From positions 124,001 to 188,000 of IMG/VR virus record IMGVR_UViG_3300044731_002337: a DNA stretch of 64,000 bases; one strand, given 5' to 3'. Below, piece by piece: positions 30,583 to 38,980 of the stretch (positions are counted from its first letter, which is position 1; the number at the start of each line of letters is the position of its first letter). The notes below the pieces were generated by a model, which made no database searches, was not told the DNA's origin, and worked only from the letters and a program-made list of their open reading frames with translations. The position numbers and the translations under genes are program-made.

Positions 30583-31623
30583 GTTGTAATGCATCTCAGA
30601 CATTGGTCCATGCGTGTCGATTCATGGAATGTTTAATGGAAAAAAATGGTGTTAGTAAACAAGAGGTGAAGCATATGTACTCATCTGGACAAGAATGTGC
30701 ATTCTTATATCATCCCAAGATTAGTGTGATATTGTTTCGCCCTGATGATCCTACAACAACAACTTATTTAAAAATGAGTGTGTTAGATCCAGTATTCATT
30801 CCTACCGATACAGTGATTGAACAAGGGAAGAAGAAAACAGAAATACAAACCTCCAACTTAACTGAATCAGTGTGGAAACATTTTAGGGTATTTATTCTTT
30901 TTTTTTTGTCTTTCTCTTGTTTGTTTGTTTAATGTTATGATAGGCTACGTATCCTCTTGTGAAACGATGGATTATGGTCTCCTCAGACATTAATACATTT
31001 ACCAATACTCTATTACTAGAACTAATGTGGATGTCTGAATCAATGTCTATGCAACACTTTAAGTACATTGAATTGGGAGATCCTCGAATTATTACTGAAC
31101 ACAAGTTTCAACCATTGAGTGTGGAAAGAGTGGATAAGGCTCCAACTGAAAACTGTCGACAAATTCTAGTGCATGATATCTTTGCACGATTTTATGGAGC
31201 ACAAGTAGGGCATGTATTGAAATGTCAAGGTATCCATAGACAATCTGGTGAACAAACAGATTATTTACAGGTATATTTTTTTTCGTTTACATGTACTTTA
31301 CAGCTTATACTATGTTTTAGGTATCTTATATTCATTACATTAAAGGAAATAAGTTGAAACCAGCAAAACTTCCAGAACAAGCAAAACAGGAAAGTATTGT
31401 GTTGGAAGAAGAGGAAGAGGAGGATGAGGAACTGGAAGAAGAAGAAGAAGAAGAGGAGGAAGATGAAATAGAGGAAGTACAAGTAGAGGAAGAAACATCA
31501 GAGTCTGAAACTGAATCGGAAGAGGAATCGGAATCCGAGTCTGAGGATGAAGAGGAAGATGAAGATGATTCTGAATCGGATGAGGAGGACGAAGAGGATG
31601 ATGATGATGATGATGAGCAATAA
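30579..31623 (+). CDS. rpb5: RNA polymerase subunit RPB5 homolog with acidic C-terminal tail; three exons join(30579..30887,30944..31270,31321..31623)
   Basis: RPB5 C-domain ITEHKFQP...QILVHDIFARFYGAQVGHVLKC...YLQV; three track ORFs join in frame (939 nt) after removing two GT-AG introns. Confidence 0.8.
30888..30943 (+). other. Spliceosomal-type intron 1 of RPB5 (56 nt, phase 0)
   Basis: AGG|GTATTT...T-rich...TTTAAT...GATAG|GCT; splicing joins WKHFR to ATYPLVKRWIM in the frame of ORF 30959. Confidence 0.8.
31271..31320 (+). other. Spliceosomal-type intron 2 of RPB5 (50 nt, phase 0)
   Basis: CAG|GTATAT...TTTTAG|GTA; joins DYLQ to VSYIHYIKGNKLKPAK in the frame of acidic ORF 31354. Confidence 0.7.
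31405..31616 (+). repeat. Poly-Glu/Asp low-complexity coding repeat
   Basis: GAA/GAG/GAT runs. Confidence 0.9.
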
Positions 31624-31629
31624 ACACAT

Positions 31630-33669
31630 TTATGATAAAGAAGGTGGTTCTGGTGGTTGAGGTGGTGAAATGGAAGGTGAAGTGGGTAAGGAAGCTGGTA
31701 GTATATCTCGCGGTAATGAATCAAATGGAGGTAGATTTGATATCATAGTAATACGTTCATTGATACGTCGTTTCCATTGATCTGTAAAAGGTTGTTGTTC
31801 CAGGTCATCTACCAATGTAACGAAAAAGGGAATAGAAGCCCAGTTAGCTGACGTATGTTGTAAAGCACTTCGTAACGCATCATAAGGTTCTTCTAAAGGA
31901 TATTTCTGTAAAGCATAATTGAAAAAAGTGGATAGTAAATTAGGATTAGGTGGTAGTTCAGTCAGATTTACATAGAGTATTTGTCCATCGAGAGTTGTAG
32001 CTTGTTGAGTGAGCAAGTTGTACTGCATGACTTGTGGACTATAATCAAAAAACTTACGAATGGTAGCAAACACTTGATTGGCTTGTTGGCGAGTAAGTTC
32101 ACCTCGAATATCTAATTGCCGTTGTGGGTTAAGTTGTTTTCGCAAATACTCCCGTTTACTTAATCGATTAAATGCAGACCTAAATTCAATAGCACTTGAA
32201 AGTTTCATGGATGGGAAATGGTTAGCGTCATTATTAGTCGACATCATCTCTAGTTGAGAAGGATCTTGTTCGCGGCGTTGTACAACTTCATAAATAGGGG
32301 TTTTCAATAATTCATTCAATGTATGTGTATTTCTTTCATGTAATTCTTTGGCCTTGTCACGAACATCTGCTCGAGCTGGAATGACTGCAACGACGGGTTG
32401 GGCAGCGACTTCAGCCACATTATCTTTTTGAATGAGATTTCCTAGGCAAGTAGTAAATTGTTTAATGGCATCATAATTATCAATTTGAATATTGGCGGAT
32501 GCAGCCTTTCGATCATCATCTGGTGGCGTTGGAGCCGGATGTTTCATAAAATAAAGCAACATATCAAACATGGTCGTCAATAAATAATTCGCATTTGCCG
32601 CATCGAGTTCATATTCCTCAGTAAGAATTTGAAATAGATTGATTTGGGGATCACATGCATATTGATTGTCACCAAACAGGAAATTGGCTACATCATCTTC
32701 ATTTTGAGTGTACTTGCGAAATACATCTATAACATTCTTCCTAGTTTTGCATTTGAGTGTTATGTTATTACGGCGATATAAGGATAAGGCTGCAGTGCGC
32801 CAGGAAATGAGAAACTCGCATGCATATTGATGGTTTAGAATTTGACTACGATCTTCAGGAAAGCTGTAGGTTACGTGTGTGAATACATGGGAGAAAATAT
32901 TGGCAAAGTTGGAGGAGCTTTGATTGGTATGTCTCCAGAATAAGTTGAAAGGTGATTGTTTGAATTCAAATACCTTTTTGTTGTTCAAAGCTCGTGGTTT
33001 CAAGTGTTTGATGGGGCATGATTTATGTTTGTAGAGTCCACCTTGTTTATCTTGTGTGGATAAAGGTTCATGGCAAGCGGGGCACTGAATAGGTTTTTGG
33101 AAACATTCATGACAGACAGCATGTTCTTCTACGCCTTGATTATGAGTGTCGCAAACATAGTTCGTTTTGCAATAAAAACATGGGGCTATATTGGTGCGTG
33201 ATTGACATTCGTAGCATGTGATGGGGCATTTATGGTTGAATTCTTGTATGCCGCAAATGGGGCACTTTTGGATGGTGATGGTTGTACCTCCATATTCGGT
33301 GAGAACTGGGGAGCCATTATCTAATAGGGTGGATTTGAGACGATGAATGCGTAGCCAAGTGATGGTAATAGGATCGACATCCGTTTTGGGTAAGTACCAT
33401 TCTTTGGAGACGTCATAATAGGTATCTGTCTTATTTTGGAAGCGCATGAAATCGTACCATACGAGATCACCACGGACATGTCTACGCCAATAGACTTGAT
33501 GTTGACCTAATGAGAGGGATGGACAATGACGAATATCATCAGGTGGAATAACTTGGGGTAATGTTTTGGGTAAAGAATAAGGAGGCATCAATGGTCGAAG
33601 ATATTGTTCTTGAAAACATCTTATAAATGGTATTTCATTCTCATGATAACAAGAAGGTAAATGAATCAT
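31630..33669 (-). CDS. Hypothetical protein with multiple CxxC zinc-binding motifs
   Basis: CPICG, CYEC, CFYC, CHEC, CPACH. Confidence 0.7.
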   Translation of the reverse strand: MIHLPSCYHENEIPFIRCFQEQYLRPLMPPYSLPKTLPQVIPPDDIRHCPSLSLGQHQVYWRRHVRGDLVWYDFMRFQNKTDTYYDVSKEWYLPKTDVDPITITWLRIHRLKSTLLDNGSPVLTEYGGTTITIQKCPICGIQEFNHKCPITCYECQSRTNIAPCFYCKTNYVCDTHNQGVEEHAVCHECFQKPIQCPACHEPLSTQDKQGGLYKHKSCPIKHLKPRALNNKKVFEFKQSPFNLFWRHTNQSSSNFANIFSHVFTHVTYSFPEDRSQILNHQYACEFLISWRTAALSLYRRNNITLKCKTRKNVIDVFRKYTQNEDDVANFLFGDNQYACDPQINLFQILTEEYELDAANANYLLTTMFDMLLYFMKHPAPTPPDDDRKAASANIQIDNYDAIKQFTTCLGNLIQKDNVAEVAAQPVVAVIPARADVRDKAKELHERNTHTLNELLKTPIYEVVQRREQDPSQLEMMSTNNDANHFPSMKLSSAIEFRSAFNRLSKREYLRKQLNPQRQLDIRGELTRQQANQVFATIRKFFDYSPQVMQYNLLTQQATTLDGQILYVNLTELPPNPNLLSTFFNYALQKYPLEEPYDALRSALQHTSANWASIPFFVTLVDDLEQQPFTDQWKRRINERITMISNLPPFDSLPRDILPASLPTSPSISPPQPPEPPSLS

Positions 33670-33696
33670 GTTTGTTTTTTTTTTCTTGTTTTTTTT

Positions 33697-34272
33697 TTAT
33701 TTTGTGACTGAATAAATTTTTGGTGTTGTAATACTCCATTCACTTAAGTTTTCTTTCGATTTCTCATAAGTCTGTTGTAACCAGGAGATTAATGATTCGT
33801 TACTATTGGTAAATTGAATATCTGATTTTTTCATGACGACCAATGTGGCCGCGAAAGCCGCTAACGTATGCCATATAGAATGCCACAATTCATATTTGAA
33901 CGTAGTAACACTGGTATCTTCACGTGATCCATGAGTAAGGTAGGCAACGAATGCGGTAATACCCGTGCTGAAAATGGCCAATACACGCCAATGGAAGAAT
34001 CCGAGTTCAGCAGTTAATCGTAGGCCTAGAACTAGGATCACCATGACGGTAAGGCTAGCCCAAATTTCATCCGAGGTTGCGTGTCTGCATTCATTGGACA
34101 AGTGATACAGTGTAGAGAAGATGGCAGCCATAAAGAGGATGACAGATATGGCAACAGGTTGAGTGTAAAGAGAGATAAGGGCAGGGACAAACATAAGGGT
34201 GGAGGATACTTTTAAATACACTCTCATGTTCGAGTCATAATTGTTGTTGCTGTGATGATAATGATGATTCAT
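33697..34272 (-). CDS. CREST-superfamily multi-TM protein (TMEM8, ceramidase or PAQR-like)
   Basis: FSTLYH (SxxxH), a conserved Asp (SDEIW), HSIWH (HxxxH), several TM segments. Confidence 0.7.
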   Translation of the reverse strand: MNHHYHHSNNNYDSNMRVYLKVSSTLMFVPALISLYTQPVAISVILFMAAIFSTLYHLSNECRHATSDEIWASLTVMVILVLGLRLTAELGFFHWRVLAIFSTGITAFVAYLTHGSREDTSVTTFKYELWHSIWHTLAAFAATLVVMKKSDIQFTNSNESLISWLQQTYEKSKENLSEWSITTPKIYSVTK

Positions 34273-34805
34273 GATAATGTTGTTTTTTTATGATTTGTGA
34301 TTTTCTTTGTATGGTCATGACAGAGAATAATTCCCAATATAGAAGGCGTTCCCTGAAATCCACATCGACATGGTAGATATTTACAATGGAGTTCTCGATC
34401 CACACAATATTCGCACATGTCATCATTGTGTTGAAAATAATTCCAACAACAGTTATTGCAAAAAAAGTTGATAGGCCATGCTTGAGCCCATAATTGTTTC
34501 CAAGATACTTCTGCTTCTTTACACCATAGCCACCAATAATATCGAACACTTGTCCAAGGTAAGGAATAAGGTACATAGCCTTCACGTCGTAAAAAACTTC
34601 GCAAATCATTACCCTTTAAGTTGGTGGAAAGAGCATATTCAATCATTCGTTTTACAAGAATAGGCCATAAAGCAGTTAATTCTTCTATATTGATAAATGG
34701 GGCGGTTTTACGTAATGTATTCGGTGTCACCCAAGAACATAATTCAAGTAGAACAGTACGATTCATTTTTAATTGTGGATTTCTAAATGGGTATCGGAAG
34801 AACAA
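34269..34805 (-). CDS. Hypothetical Cys-rich protein
   Basis: 178 aa with CNNCC, CEYC and CRCG motifs. Confidence 0.6.
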   Translation of the reverse strand: MFFRYPFRNPQLKMNRTVLLELCSWVTPNTLRKTAPFINIEELTALWPILVKRMIEYALSTNLKGNDLRSFLRREGYVPYSLPWTSVRYYWWLWCKEAEVSWKQLWAQAWPINFFCNNCCWNYFQHNDDMCEYCVDRELHCKYLPCRCGFQGTPSILGIILCHDHTKKITNHKKTTLS

Positions 34806-34813
34806 AAGTAAAA

Positions 34814-35914
34814 CTATAAAAGTTTCCTGGCTTGATTCTTGACTGCTGAACTGAATTGTAAAACTTTACCTCCTGCATGTAATAAGATGGGTGCCCTGAG
34901 TGCAATGAAAATTTGATAGAAAATCAAGAGAAAGACAACGCCCACAATGACCATGACAAGGCTTGGTACTTGTTCAACAATTCTAGATAAAAGTTTGAAT
35001 ACCGTTACACCAATGAGAACTGTGTTATCGATGAATTCAGTTAAGGAGGATTGTAGTTCGATAACTTTGGATTTGGTTTTATAATCAATGGCTACCATCA
35101 TACGTGATTGTGTAATGTGTGATGAAACGAGTGTACTGTACATGGCAAGAGAAAGACGTTGTGTCACATTTTGAAGAAGTACAGAAGTTGAGCCAGGTTC
35201 AATGGTAACGCCTTGCATAATAATGGCTTGGCTTTTAATGGATTGTAAAGTAGAGGAAGTGATTATGTTTCGAATGGAATCCACCATGGACACACTAAAC
35301 CTATCAATTTCATTATCAGATTCAAGTTTAGTCCCCATTTGTTTCAATTTATCACGGTTTCTTTCCACTTCAATTTTGGCTTGGTTTTTCATACCGAATA
35401 CAAAGGCTTTTTGGAATTGGTTTGACGTGACATCGCATTCCAGGGTCATGGTGGCACTAAGTTCTTGGTTTAGGTTGACAACGAGACATTGGGAGCATAC
35501 ATAGTTGCATGTAGCTCGTAAATCTTGTAATTGCTGTGCAGTAAACTCTTGTGGAGTATATTGTGATTCAGGTAAAGATGCAGCCAAAGATTCTAATGAG
35601 ATGCGATCTTGGATAACTCGTTCAATTTGGGTTCGACAATAAGTGCAATTGGGATTTGTGCTTACACGTGTACCCATATCTGCATCACATGAGATATTCA
35701 CAGATTGACGTATATAAGAACCTTGGTCACATAGAGTAGTTGCATACATTAATCCATAAGCGATGATATTCGAGATGACCGTATTGGCAGTACTACCTAC
35801 CAGTCCAGTGACTTGATCTGCTTTGTAAAATGTAGCAATGTGATCTGCACCTGGAGTGTTATTGACCCCAACACAGTTTAGTCCTGTTTGAGTCTCCCAA
35901 TCACGCGAACACAT
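34814..35914 (-). CDS. Putative virion membrane protein, L1R/F9L-like
   Basis: Cys pattern QSVNISC...CTYC...CNYVCSQCLVVNLNQ...LEC and a C-terminal TM; no N-terminal myristoyl Gly. Confidence 0.45.
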   Translation of the reverse strand: MCSRDWETQTGLNCVGVNNTPGADHIATFYKADQVTGLVGSTANTVISNIIAYGLMYATTLCDQGSYIRQSVNISCDADMGTRVSTNPNCTYCRTQIERVIQDRISLESLAASLPESQYTPQEFTAQQLQDLRATCNYVCSQCLVVNLNQELSATMTLECDVTSNQFQKAFVFGMKNQAKIEVERNRDKLKQMGTKLESDNEIDRFSVSMVDSIRNIITSSTLQSIKSQAIIMQGVTIEPGSTSVLLQNVTQRLSLAMYSTLVSSHITQSRMMVAIDYKTKSKVIELQSSLTEFIDNTVLIGVTVFKLLSRIVEQVPSLVMVIVGVVFLLIFYQIFIALRAPILLHAGGKVLQFSSAVKNQARKLL

Positions 35915-35941
35915 GTTTTTCTTTTTTTTTCTTATATAAAA

Positions 35942-36502
35942 ATGTCATCATTGACCTTGTTAAAAGGTATTGGTAAAAAGAGAAGTGAAGAGTTTGAGTC
36001 ACAAGGTATCTATACAATAGAACAATTATCACAAGCTACTAAACTGACTCCTACCCAAGAAAAGTATCAAAAAGCAGCTATTGAATACTTACAATCAAAA
36101 GGAATTACAACTGTATCAACGACGACGACTCATAATACTTCAAGTGAAGAAGTAGACGAGACAAGTGAAAATGTGTGTATGAATTATGTATTTGATAAGC
36201 ATACATGGTTAGGTAAACAGGTTAAAATACCAGTTGGCGCGAATAATGTTATTCATAACGCTATCATTAAGGAATTATTATTAGAACATGGTGAACGATT
36301 AGTCATTTTATGTAAAGATATGGTGACTAAGAAAACATCCTTTTGGCAAATTCCTACATTGGCTACATTGAACTTTGAATTACCCCCTTTACGTATTACT
36401 CTTAGTGAAGCAGACATGGAATTGATTCAACATAATCTGGAATATATTTTGAGCACTCTTTGGCAAAGTGATTATATTCGTAGTTGTATTCAACCAGAGT
36501 AA
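35942..36502 (+). CDS. Protein with N-terminal helix-hairpin-helix DNA-binding motif
   Basis: LTLLKGIGKKRSEEFESQGIYTIEQL; start ATG 35942. Confidence 0.7.
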   Translation: MSSLTLLKGIGKKRSEEFESQGIYTIEQLSQATKLTPTQEKYQKAAIEYLQSKGITTVSTTTTHNTSSEEVDETSENVCMNYVFDKHTWLGKQVKIPVGANNVIHNAIIKELLLEHGERLVILCKDMVTKKTSFWQIPTLATLNFELPPLRITLSEADMELIQHNLEYILSTLWQSDYIRSCIQPE

Positions 36503-36507
36503 CTTCT

Positions 36508-37830
36508 TTAGGAATATAAATCCGGAAGTATTGGAATCGTATTGTACAAAGTAATAAAAAGTGCAAAGGTAAATAGTGTAGTTACTATAATCGTAAACCC
36601 ATTTGAATTGGTTTTTTCTGCTTCTGCTTCTTCTTGTGTTGATGATAAAAGTGAGGAAGTTATAGTTTTCAATTCATGTAGTATTTCATCGCATCGATGG
36701 GCTACCTCTTCGATTGAACAAGAAGTTACCTGCTCATTGATAGTTGTATTTATGGTATCCATACAGGTATTGTGAAGAGTGAGTATGACTCCATGTTGCG
36801 CCTTGAGACATTGTGTCAGTTCATTGTAGTGACGGGTACATTGGGCTAATATAGTTTGCTGTAATGCGTCAATGTGTCGTTGTTGTATTTGATTATTGTC
36901 TTGAAGATCCATTTGCCCCATAATTCGTTGAACAGTATTGTCATGATATAAAGTCATTTGTTGTTGCAACTCTGAACTAATGAAATGTTGGAGTTCTTGA
37001 TAATCTTTTTCGAGTCCATCGCAAAGACGTGTACCCAATTCCTCAGTTGTATTCTGCATAGCTGTGATAATATCCTCCTTACATGTAACACCATGATCCA
37101 TAAACGTATTGTGGAGCTTATCACTCTCTAACATAAATGTATTCTGAAGCAAAGTCGTCACATGATGGTGAAATTTGTCAAGTTGTCGTTTGTCATGTAA
37201 AAACCATTCTTCCTTGGAAGGTAAATGGGCAAATAATTCTTCCTTCGAAGGTAAATGGGTAAACAATTCTTCCTTGGTGGGTAAGCTGCGTGACAGATCA
37301 TCTTTAGAAGGTAAATGGCGAAATATTTCATCACGATAGGGTAATTGGCGAATCACATCTTCCTTTGTGGGCAGGTGTTTTACAATATCTTGTTTGGTTG
37401 GTAAACGGTTTTGTATTGTTGCTTCTGTTTTGGATAAGAATTCTTCCTTGGTTGGTAATAGGTGGTGAGAGGGAAGGTGAGCCATTATTTCATCCCGTGT
37501 TGGAAAATGATTAAGAATTTCTTGCTTCATTGGTAGTTGACTCACTAGCTCTTCCTTGGAGGGTAATCGATTAAGTATCTCTTCTCTGGTAGGTAAATGA
37601 GAGGTGAATTCTAGCTTGGAGGGTAATCGATTAAGTATCTCTTCTCTGGTAGGTAAACGTTGTAATAACTCTTCCTTGGTAGGTTCATCTTTGGAAAGGT
37701 GGTGTTTCTTAGGCTTGGGATGTTTCTTATGTTCATGGCAAGGATGTTGAGAGAGACAAGAGGTTGGACTAGGTAGAATAAATGATTCATTCGTACCATG
37801 GTTGTTAGGTAGTTGCTTGTGTTTATTCAT
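36508..37830 (-). CDS. Membrane-anchored protein with tandem 11-aa LP(T/S)KEE repeats
   Basis: More than a dozen LP(T/S)(K/R)(E/D)E-type units; C-terminal TM FTIIVTTLFTFALFITLY. Confidence 0.75.
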   Translation of the reverse strand: MNKHKQLPNNHGTNESFILPSPTSCLSQHPCHEHKKHPKPKKHHLSKDEPTKEELLQRLPTREEILNRLPSKLEFTSHLPTREEILNRLPSKEELVSQLPMKQEILNHFPTRDEIMAHLPSHHLLPTKEEFLSKTEATIQNRLPTKQDIVKHLPTKEDVIRQLPYRDEIFRHLPSKDDLSRSLPTKEELFTHLPSKEELFAHLPSKEEWFLHDKRQLDKFHHHVTTLLQNTFMLESDKLHNTFMDHGVTCKEDIITAMQNTTEELGTRLCDGLEKDYQELQHFISSELQQQMTLYHDNTVQRIMGQMDLQDNNQIQQRHIDALQQTILAQCTRHYNELTQCLKAQHGVILTLHNTCMDTINTTINEQVTSCSIEEVAHRCDEILHELKTITSSLLSSTQEEAEAEKTNSNGFTIIVTTLFTFALFITLYNTIPILPDLYS

Positions 37831-37883
37831 TGGCCTTTTTTATACACTTATTTCTGTTACGAGACCAATGCGACTAAACACGA

Positions 37884-37965
37884 GTTACCTCTCCAAATGA
37901 ACCTAAATGTTACCTCTCCAAATGAACCTAAATGTTACCTCTCCAAATGAACCTAAATGTTACCT
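37884..37965 (-). repeat. 25-bp tandem repeat (3 copies plus a partial), GGTAAC family in reverse orientation
   Basis: (gttacctctccaaatgaacctaaat) x3; reverse complement ggtaacatttaggttcatttggagaggtaac matches ggtaacttctggttcattcgaagaggtaac at 51.4 kb. Confidence 0.9.
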
Positions 37966-38028
37966 AAAGTGTGCATGATAATGGCTTGACAATAGTTCTT
38001 TTTGCATAAAAATGTGACTAATTTTATT

Positions 38029-38980
38029 TCATTGGATTACGGGAAAGGGAAGTAGTTCATTCACAGAAATATTTTCAGCAATGGCGATAATGGTGTCTGT
38101 AACTTGTTTCCATGTAAAAGGTAGTGATTGTGAGGGACCAGAAATGATCCATTGTGCATCACGGTATTCGCATGCCACAACAGCATTCTTGGGGAGAGGA
38201 TAAGGACAAATAGCGGCCGAAATGATGACATTATCTTTGGATTTGAGTAGATAGTCGCCTTGATAGAAGCGGTAGTATTGTACTGTCGAAGGAGTTCCAT
38301 CAGGCCAAGGTAATTCTCGAATCGATTCAAATGGTTGAATAGTACAATAAATGCGATGTGATCGTAATCGTAATTGGGGTATTACTTTAGATCCGTATGA
38401 TGATGAAGAAGAAGAAGAAGAAGATAATGCTTCAGATGAAGTATCCATGAAATCCAAGGCTTCAATAGGTAGCATGTAGGTAAATTTTAGAATATGACTC
38501 ATTTCCACTAGTGGTTTGACATGAAGTCCAAAGGGAATTTCAGGATGATGCACTACCTTATTATACAATGTGGGGTAAAGTGATGATTTCACTACGCAAG
38601 GGGATACAGAGATGGAGGTAGTTGAAGCAGTAGGACATTTCGAGATCATTTGAATGGCTTGAATGGCTAATTCCCATCGTTGATCGTACCTGAGATGTTT
38701 GGCAGGGTTTCCACACATCATATAACAATCCATAATCGTAAAGCAAAATCCTTGGTCGTTAAGTTGAACCATTTCTCCATCGAGTACGGTTCCAGCAAAT
38801 AATGGGATAGGTAGTTTGGAAGGCATATGTTTCAGTTTGGTGGTCTTCTTTTGTTGATCCATGAGAAAGAGTTGTATGCAGTTCTTGTATGTGGTGAATA
38901 ATAATAGCCCGCGGATACCATTTAAGTAAGGTACCATGACATAACGTTGAGGTTGGAATTCGAGTTTCTTGGGTCGAAAG
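38029..38980 (-). other. Degenerate mRNA-capping guanylyltransferase plus OB domain fused to RPB1
   Basis: YVMVPYLNGIR (motif I KxDG changed to YLNG), TVLDGEMV (III), FTIMDCYMMCG (IIIa), YDQRW, VVACEY...W, TIIAIAENISVNELL. Confidence 0.75.

Noticed and set aside
31271-31303. Shorter RPB5 intron 2 using the CAG at 31303 as the main form
   Set aside because: 33 nt is shorter than the other introns and yields only a hydrophobic intron-like tail; kept only as a possible minor isoform
31261-31724. Minus-strand poly-Ser, poly-His and poly-Phe ORFs
   Set aside because: Antisense shadows of the poly-Glu/Asp tract
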